A stretch of DNA of 64,000 nt from an uncultured Methanoregulaceae archaeon (GTDB taxonomy: Archaea; Halobacteriota; Methanomicrobia; Methanomicrobiales; Methanospirillaceae). Below, one piece after another: positions 57,872-64,000 of the stretch (positions are counted from its first letter, which is position 1; every line of letters starts with the position of its first letter). The stretch covers positions 20 through 64,019 of the forward strand of contig CAYRYR010000001.1 in NCBI GenBank assembly GCA_964428385.1. The letters run 5' to 3'. Under the pieces are notes generated by a model. The model was not told where the DNA came from, made no database searches, and saw nothing but the letters and a program-made list of their open reading frames with translations. The position numbers and the translations under genes were made by a program.

Positions 57872-59022
57872 ACCGCTGTATCAGGTGTAAGGGAAAGGGA
57901 GACTGCGGACTTGTAACCTGTCCAGTTATGGCCCGGTTTTATGCACAGGTGAAGAGACGTCCGGTACAGAATATTATGGCTCCGGCACCTTCCCCCTTCA
58001 TCGGGAGTCATGGATATCCCCATGTCAGTGCAGGGCCATTGCTCATTGATGACTCTGATTGTCCCCCTGAATGGATACGACAGGGCTACTCAATTGATGA
58101 TATTGTTTCAATACGTGCAGAGACCATACGGGGCATCTCATCAGGAAACCAGTTTCTTGATAAGATACAGGAGGTTGCCCTCTCATCAGTTCCGATTGAT
58201 GTTGAGGTGGCATTTGAAAAACCGGTATCGTACGACTTCTCATTTGACGGTACTATAGCACCTGTCGGGATGAGTGGATCTCTCACCCGCATGTCTGTTA
58301 TTGAGAATGCAAAGGTTCCACGGCCTATAGATAAAGTGACTTCAGATACTGATGTCCCCGCTATTGATGCAGTCAGGGAACTCATCAGGGAAGGTATTGA
58401 TGTCTATCAGATTATTCCACTCCTCTCAACAGGTCTGCTGGGACAGGGAAAACAAAGAAAAGTTGTTCCTACACGGTGGGCTATCACAGCGGTTGATGAT
58501 ATGGCAGGGAAAAAGGGTAAAAAAGACCTTATCAATAAATCCTGGATATCATCCATTCAGGTACTGTTTGCAACCGGATTTAAAAATACAATCTGTTGTA
58601 TTCTGATACCTGGTCCCTGGGAGTTTGAGATGATAGAGATCTGGGATCGTCAATCACTATGGGCAGGTGATACCATCAGTATCTGTGTTGATGGAGAAAA
58701 AGAGAAGAAGAGTGGGTATTCACCCATTTCAGGTGCATATTATTCTGCCAGGCTTGCGGTTCTTGAGTATCTGACGGGACTTGGAAGAACTGCTACGGTT
58801 CTTGTTATCCGGTACGTTTCTAATGAATACTGGGCACCACTTGGAACATGGGTTATTCGTGAGATAACGAGGAAGGCTGTTGCAGGATCCTGCTATGAAT
58901 GTTCAGATATCCCTGATGCTGTTAAAATTGCTTCCCAGATGCTTGGATTTTCCTGGTGGTATTCTCACAGCAGAATGCTTCCCCGTATTCAGTCACAACA
59001 GACCCTTTCCAGCTTTTTTTAA
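57868..59022 (+). CDS. nreA: Archaeal DNA repair protein NreA (Nre_N/Nre_C family) with a C-terminal PIP box
   Basis: N-terminal CIRCKGKGDCGLVTCP Zn-like knuckle typical of Nre proteins. C-terminal QQTLSSFF matches Qxx[LIM]xx[FY][FY]. Start GTG at 57868 inferred from coupling. Confidence 0.7.
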   Translation: MNRCIRCKGKGDCGLVTCPVMARFYAQVKRRPVQNIMAPAPSPFIGSHGYPHVSAGPLLIDDSDCPPEWIRQGYSIDDIVSIRAETIRGISSGNQFLDKIQEVALSSVPIDVEVAFEKPVSYDFSFDGTIAPVGMSGSLTRMSVIENAKVPRPIDKVTSDTDVPAIDAVRELIREGIDVYQIIPLLSTGLLGQGKQRKVVPTRWAITAVDDMAGKKGKKDLINKSWISSIQVLFATGFKNTICCILIPGPWEFEMIEIWDRQSLWAGDTISICVDGEKEKKSGYSPISGAYYSARLAVLEYLTGLGRTATVLVIRYVSNEYWAPLGTWVIREITRKAVAGSCYECSDIPDAVKIASQMLGFSWWYSHSRMLPRIQSQQTLSSFF

Positions 59023-59050
59023 GTTAATATGATAACCCCTGGGTTACCTG

Positions 59051-60691
59051 TCACCGGTTTTTATTCTGTTGCATGTATCGGTCCAGGATGTCAGCACGGG
59101 AATTTATCTCATTAATTCCTTTGTCTTCTCTCACCCTGATAAACCGGGGAAACCGAAGAGCATATCCGGTCTCATAGGTAGGGCTCTCCTGAATCTCGGA
59201 ATACCCAGTTTCAAATACCAGCCGTGGTTCAAAGACGAGATCTTTTCCAGATGTACTCAGGACGTCACCATTGAGTTCTTGGTAGAGCCAATGGAGTTGT
59301 TCATCAGAGAATCCTGTTGCAACGCGGCTAACTGGCAGGAATTTTCCATCTTCATAACATGCAAGGAGAAACGATCCATAGAGATGTGCACGTTTTCCCT
59401 CCCCCCACTGTGCACCTGTCACCACGAGATCAAGGGTGTCAACTTCTGGTTTTATCTTAATCCAGTCTTTTCCTCTTACACCTGGTGTATACGATGCTGC
59501 CGGATTTTTGATCATGATGCCTTCATGCCCTGCATCGAGAGCTTCATGGTAAAACAATTCGATTGTATCTTTCCTTTCACTTGTTATCTGCGGGGTGATA
59601 AATTTAGAAAGCGTATTCTCTAGTTTCTGCCTCCTGTCTCTGAATGAAAGATCAATGAGTGTTAATCCATCAAGATACAGGATATCAAAAACAAATGGCA
59701 CAAGTTCAATTTCATCGCTCATAGCTGCGATATTGTGCTTACGTCTAAATCGCTTCAGCACGTTTTGAAAGGGCAAAAGAATGCCATTCTTCACAGCAAC
59801 AATCTCTCCGTCAAGAATGATATCATGACCATTAGTTGCATCGTTTAGCATAGAAACGATATCAGGCAGAGCCTCGGTAACATCTTCAAGTTTCCGCGAA
59901 TATATCCGGCTTTCTTCTCCGTTTGTGTGGAACTGAAACCGTGCTCCGTCATACTTGTTCTCAACAGAAATTTCAGAAAAATCTGTCAGTGCTCCACTGA
60001 TAGAACCCTGTTTTGCAAGCATCATCCGAACCGGACGAAAGAGAACAATGGTGAGATCAATAAGATTTACTTCACCTGATTCTGCAAGAACAGCTATTTT
60101 TCCGATATCATTAGTAACCTGTATTCCGTGATCAATTACGTCTGGATCAATCCCGGTTGAACTGGCAATCGCGTCCCTGAGGTTTCCTTCTCCGATACCA
60201 ATGCGCATATCCTCAAGAAGAATGCCGGCAATATATCTTCCCTCATTAGGCGATGCATCAGAAAGGAGCTTGATGATGATACGAGTCTTATCTCTTTGAG
60301 ATCGTGCCCCTCCACTTCCTGCTATATCAAGAAGGGCTGTATATACGTCCTGCAAGGTAAGTTCTGTCTGAAAAAAAGACATCTGCTCCTTCTCTGCCAT
60401 CAGGTGTTCGACTGCTGAGCCAACATCTCCTGTTCTGTTGATCTCCTCAATAACGTCTTCTTTCTTCTTCCCAGTAACATAGGCGATTGCATCATAGAGT
60501 AGGTTTGGTCCGATTCCCAGTTTTTGAGAACTCCAGTCTGGAAACGGGCGGCCACGGATGAGTTGTACAAAGATTGGCAGATCGTCTATATTGCAGGTAG
60601 ATAACGCCTCACTCAATAGGGAAATCCGGTCAAGTCTTCCTTTAGTAGCCTCAAGATCCTGACAGATTTCAGCAAATATTTTAAATTTCAT
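59051..60691 (-). CDS. lig: ATP-dependent DNA ligase (Lig1-type)
   Basis: Adenylation motif ENKYDGARFQ (KxDG), EGIMIK, DLVVTGAQWGEGKR, and the C-terminal OB-domain pattern LRFPRFIRVREDK. Confidence 0.93.
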   Translation of the reverse strand: MKFKIFAEICQDLEATKGRLDRISLLSEALSTCNIDDLPIFVQLIRGRPFPDWSSQKLGIGPNLLYDAIAYVTGKKKEDVIEEINRTGDVGSAVEHLMAEKEQMSFFQTELTLQDVYTALLDIAGSGGARSQRDKTRIIIKLLSDASPNEGRYIAGILLEDMRIGIGEGNLRDAIASSTGIDPDVIDHGIQVTNDIGKIAVLAESGEVNLIDLTIVLFRPVRMMLAKQGSISGALTDFSEISVENKYDGARFQFHTNGEESRIYSRKLEDVTEALPDIVSMLNDATNGHDIILDGEIVAVKNGILLPFQNVLKRFRRKHNIAAMSDEIELVPFVFDILYLDGLTLIDLSFRDRRQKLENTLSKFITPQITSERKDTIELFYHEALDAGHEGIMIKNPAASYTPGVRGKDWIKIKPEVDTLDLVVTGAQWGEGKRAHLYGSFLLACYEDGKFLPVSRVATGFSDEQLHWLYQELNGDVLSTSGKDLVFEPRLVFETGYSEIQESPTYETGYALRFPRFIRVREDKGINEINSRADILDRYMQQNKNR

Positions 60692-60704
60692 GTATCAGTT
60701 ACGG

Positions 60705-61562
60705 TTACAGTTCTATTGATCTGCACCAGCATTCGTCATCATGACGTCTCGGGATATCTCCCCTTTTTTTAGTGTAACTCGGTTTGGTAGTGGCATCAAC
60801 ACTTGATGCGACAAATATCTCAATGTCATCAGCACTGAGACCGAGTCCTTCATATGAACCGGTTGCAACGATGTGAGGTTCATTATTTACTTCGCTTAAG
60901 TGAGAGAGAATTGCACAGTGAATATCGCTCCCAATAGTTTTCAAAACCTGTATTGTGTCTTTGTTTGAGAGATGTCCCCGGTTTGACGCAATGCGGCGTT
61001 TCAGTGCAGCTGGATATGGGCCGTCCCTAAGCATATCCGGACAGTGATTTGACTCAATGATGAGACCATCAGCATGGGAGAATATTTCAAGCATTCTATC
61101 CGTTACAATACCGGTATCAGAGCAGCAACAGAGTGTGGTTGAGCCTTCCCTGATGACAAATCCACACGGTTCACTTGCATCGTGTGATACCGGGAAAGGT
61201 TCAATCACAAAATCATTGATAGAAAAGGGTTCATACTTTTTGCAGGCTGTTAATGGAGGTGTCTTTGCTCCACCCCGTATCTTTTTAAACGCTGCAAGAG
61301 TCCCTGTGGTTCCCCATATGGGGATCTTTAACGTATTACCTACTGCAGCTGCACCCCTGATATGATCACCATGTTCATGGGTTAATAGAATTCCACAGAT
61401 AAGATCAGGGGCACCACCACTGGTACGTATCCTCCCTCCGGTTCCTTTGGTCCCTATGATATCACGCCCGCTGATCCCGGCATCAAGCAGAAGGGCAGAA
61501 TTATTTCCTTCAATATATAGTGCATTCCCCTTGCTCCCACTGGCAAGGACAGAAATTTTCAT
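60705..61562 (-). CDS. Metallo-beta-lactamase-fold hydrolase (YycJ/PhnP-like), directly upstream of lig
   Basis: MKISVLASGSKGNALYIE, HEHGDH metal motif, later SHLS. 13-nt gap to the lig start on the same strand. Confidence 0.75.
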   Translation of the reverse strand: MKISVLASGSKGNALYIEGNNSALLLDAGISGRDIIGTKGTGGRIRTSGGAPDLICGILLTHEHGDHIRGAAAVGNTLKIPIWGTTGTLAAFKKIRGGAKTPPLTACKKYEPFSINDFVIEPFPVSHDASEPCGFVIREGSTTLCCCSDTGIVTDRMLEIFSHADGLIIESNHCPDMLRDGPYPAALKRRIASNRGHLSNKDTIQVLKTIGSDIHCAILSHLSEVNNEPHIVATGSYEGLGLSADDIEIFVASSVDATTKPSYTKKRGDIPRRHDDECWCRSIEL

Positions 61563-61957
61563 ACTTAATATGTATGATGCCATGTGATAAATGAACAATA
61601 TATTCCATGACCCATACCGGTTTTCTGGTGGACAAAAAACAGAAAATATTGTATCTGTAGAAAAAATTCGGAATTATTATACTCATTCATAAGATGTACC
61701 CACTAGATTGTCTTGTAAGGTATCACCTGGTTATCTGGATACGATCATAATATGGATCATATGCTGTATCTGGTTCTGAATTATTTCTGACTATAAATGA
61801 AAGGCAAGGATACGTCCTGATAAATTATAATGTGTGTATTCATTACTGGTGAAAATTCTCATTTTTTTGCCTTATTCAGATATTATAGGCCATATTTAGG
61901 GAATGAAAAGAAACTATAGGTACATCAGAAACTATTGAGATATAGGAAAAGCTAATC

Positions 61958-61969
61958 ATCACTAGTGAT
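61958..61969. promoter_or_regulatory. Perfect 12-bp palindrome upstream of pstS (candidate operator)
   Basis: ATCACTAGTGAT, about 60 nt upstream of the ATG at 62030. Confidence 0.2.
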
Positions 61970-62029
61970 TATAGTGGATATGAGTATATTACTCAATGTC
62001 TGATGTTTATATTGGTGAGATTGAGTCAT

Positions 62030-62902
62030 ATGAAAAGATATGTGAGAGTATCCAGCATTGCTGGATTGTTAGTAGTAGTTCTTATTGCAGTATTTCTTTG
62101 TGGCTGTACGGGAACATCGGGTCAGGATGATATTGTCCCTGCTATTTCAACCGGTACAATTGAAAGTCTGACAATATCAGGCTCTACAACCGTGCTTCCG
62201 GTTGCTGCAAATGCTGCTGAAGCATTTATGGATATGCATCCGAATGCTGATATCCAGGTAAGTGCTGGTGGATCAAGTGTCGGTGTCCTTGCAGTCGGGG
62301 AAGGGACAGCAGATATTGGAATGGCGTCACGTGATCTCAAAGAGGTTGAGATACAAAAGTATCAGGATCTTGTCCCTCATGAGATTGCACGAGATGGAAT
62401 TGCATTAATTGTTCACCCTTCAAATCTGCTAAGTTCTTTAACAATAGGTCAGATAAAAGCAATTTATCGTGGTAATGTTACGAACTGGAAGGATATTGGT
62501 GGTGAAGATGCAGAGATAGTTGTTATCGGTCGTGACAGTGCATCTGGAACACGAGAATTTTTCCATGAATATGTAATGAACAAAGAAGATTTTGTGCAGA
62601 CACAGCTTGAGAAGAATTCTAATGGAGCAGTCAAATCCACGGTTGCACAGACACCTGGCAGTATCGGATATGTGGGGCTTGGATACATTGATCAATCGGT
62701 AAAATCGATATCAATAGATAACGGAACAAGTACTATTGATCCAACGGTAGAGAATGTGCTATCAGGAGAGTATCCGATATCCCGCTCTCTTTATATGATT
62801 ACCAGAGGCGAGCCAACTGGCCTTGCTGCAGACTTTCTGCTCTTTATCATGAGTTCGGATGGGCAGAAAATGGTATCAGATGAAGGTTTTGTTCCGGCCT
62901 GA
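62030..62902 (+). CDS. pstS: Phosphate ABC transporter substrate-binding protein PstS (lipoprotein-type)
   Basis: Signal peptide with LCGC. ISGSTTVLPVA, SAGGSSVG, IARDGIALIVH, GRDSASGTREFF. Confidence 0.85.
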   Translation: MKRYVRVSSIAGLLVVVLIAVFLCGCTGTSGQDDIVPAISTGTIESLTISGSTTVLPVAANAAEAFMDMHPNADIQVSAGGSSVGVLAVGEGTADIGMASRDLKEVEIQKYQDLVPHEIARDGIALIVHPSNLLSSLTIGQIKAIYRGNVTNWKDIGGEDAEIVVIGRDSASGTREFFHEYVMNKEDFVQTQLEKNSNGAVKSTVAQTPGSIGYVGLGYIDQSVKSISIDNGTSTIDPTVENVLSGEYPISRSLYMITRGEPTGLAADFLLFIMSSDGQKMVSDEGFVPA

Positions 62903-62923
62903 AAAAACGAATTACACCCTTTT

Positions 62924-64000
62924 TTATGGTATTATTTCACAGCCATTGAAACGCTCATACATGAATGCATCAGAATCCAAACTTTCTTCTTCAATCAATT
63001 TATTGATCCGGAAAAGGATGCCCTGTAGAATGGATATATACGATCTGACAGTAAAACAGATCTCTTCCATACCTTCTATGGGCCATGGGTTCATAACTGC
63101 AGAATACAGGCACCGGCCCCCACAGATGGGAAAGATATCACACGTGTGACATCTTTCTGAAGGAATAACAACAGTTGGGATGTCAGGTGGACTGGTATCC
63201 CTGATATGACCCAGATAGTAATCCTGTATGCCAAGCATAATAGGGCACGGGATGATGGTACCATCTGTCTGTATTGTATAATTTGAGTGTCCGGAACCAC
63301 AGCGCAGAAGTGAATCCTCTTCTGTTATGAGATCCCGGATAATACCGATAAAAGGATACCAGTGTGGAACTATCTTTTCCTGTTCTATTGTTCTGATCCA
63401 TACATCTGCAAGTGCTTGTAAACCCGGGATATATTTGGTTACAGCCCAGGATCCAAACGAACGAAGATGGTAATCATTCCAGAAACCCGCATCAATCTGC
63501 CAGTGAATCGAGTGAAACGAATGCCCGTTATTTGAAGCGAGATGAGTAACTGCATCATAGATATCAGTCTCTTCTGTAACCGTAATGCGTGCAATCAGTT
63601 CACCCTGAAATCCATTGGCAAGAATAGTCTGGAGATTCTCAATAATTTTGCTATATGTTCCACGACCACGATTATAATCAGTTATCTCTTTATTTCCGTC
63701 TATTGAGACAAGAATGGTGCTAAATCTGTTAATAATATCTGATGGAAATTGATGAAGAAGAATCCCGTTTGTCTGAATCATCCATTTTTTAGCAGGAATT
63801 GTCTGCATTACCTGGGTTATGAATTCAGGTCTCATTGTTGGTTCACCTCCAATAAATGTTATTACCGCGTTTGGATCTCCTGAAAAAAAACGATAGAGAT
63901 CGGTGAGAGAATAGGTGACATCAGTGGGAATATCTTTGATACTAAGTTCTGGTCTTTCTATCGCTGGAACCTGAAAAATCCGTTCTCTGCAGTACCGACA
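62924..64000 (-). CDS. Radical SAM / SPASM-domain enzyme (peptide-maturase-like), 5' end beyond the window
   Basis: The frame is open from 63835 to nt 64000 (my translation: CRYCRERIF...ITFIGGEPTMRPEF). C-terminal SPASM cysteines (CGSGHSNYTIQTDGTIIPCP; CHTCDIFPICGGRC). Confidence 0.75.
   Translation of the reverse strand, partial: CRYCRERIFQVPAIERPELSIKDIPTDVTYSLTDLYRFFSGDPNAVITFIGGEPTMRPEFITQVMQTIPAKKWMIQTNGILLHQFPSDIINRFSTILVSIDGNKEITDYNRGRGTYSKIIENLQTILANGFQGELIARITVTEETDIYDAVTHLASNNGHSFHSIHWQIDAGFWNDYHLRSFGSWAVTKYIPGLQALADVWIRTIEQEKIVPHWYPFIGIIRDLITEEDSLLRCGSGHSNYTIQTDGTIIPCPIMLGIQDYYLGHIRDTSPPDIPTVVIPSERCHTCDIFPICGGRCLYSAVMNPWPIEGMEEICFTVRSYISILQGILFRINKLIEEESLDSDAFMYERFNGCEIIP

Noticed and set aside
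1-64000. CRISPR arrays, IS elements/transposases, rRNA genes, inteins
   Set aside because: No regularly spaced short repeats, no terminal inverted repeats flanking a transposase-like ORF, no rRNA-like sequence, and no intein-sized insertions in the conserved genes were seen on reading both strands.

Overview
The window looks like archaeal (euryarchaeal) chromosome, probably from a Methanomicrobia-type methanogen. That taxonomic guess is inference from gene content only: aEF-2, the S12-S7-EF2 operon, a class I HMG-CoA reductase, an ATP-dependent DNA ligase, NreA, FdhD and AglH-type glycosylation genes. No rRNA, CRISPR array, transposase or integrase was seen. Core genes: ACT-hom, purL-purQ, metG, rps12-rps7-fusA, hmgA, lig, fdhD and tRNA-Phe(GAA). 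These are interleaved with five accessory blocks. (1) Exported CARDB/PEGA/beta-helix surface proteins at 10-2493, 7861-10892 and 40585-42246. (2) An SNF2 helicase plus SWIM zinc-finger operon, followed by a Dam-family methylase and a decayed AlbA_2/HATPase_c_4 gene (13.1-20.4 kb). (3) A small islet next to tRNA-Phe (24.4-27.7 kb). It holds a relBE-type cassette flanked by ~170-bp direct repeats, several ribbon-helix-helix mini-genes, and genes broken by in-frame stop codons. (4) A visibly AT-richer surface-glycan cluster (46.4-56.3 kb). It contains a WbuX/HisH/HisF-type acetamidino-sugar module, a nucleotide-sugar dehydrogenase, DUF354, a GT4 priming transferase and two very large polytopic membrane proteins. 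(5) A DNA-repair locus (56.8-61.6 kb) in which an uncharacterised 343-aa protein is translationally coupled to NreA, which ends in a perfect PIP box. This pair converges on an MBL-hydrolase/DNA-ligase operon. The candidates I rank highest for new biology are the unknown-NreA / MBL-ligase locus, the TiaS-kinase-domain paralogue fused to a wHTH in the hom operon, the SNF2-SWIM-Dam neighbourhood, the repeat-flanked TA cassette, and the tandem paralogues at 43.1-43.9 kb. All family calls rest on motif recognition by eye; no searches were run. Start codons are provisional because the ORF track uses ATG, GTG and TTG.
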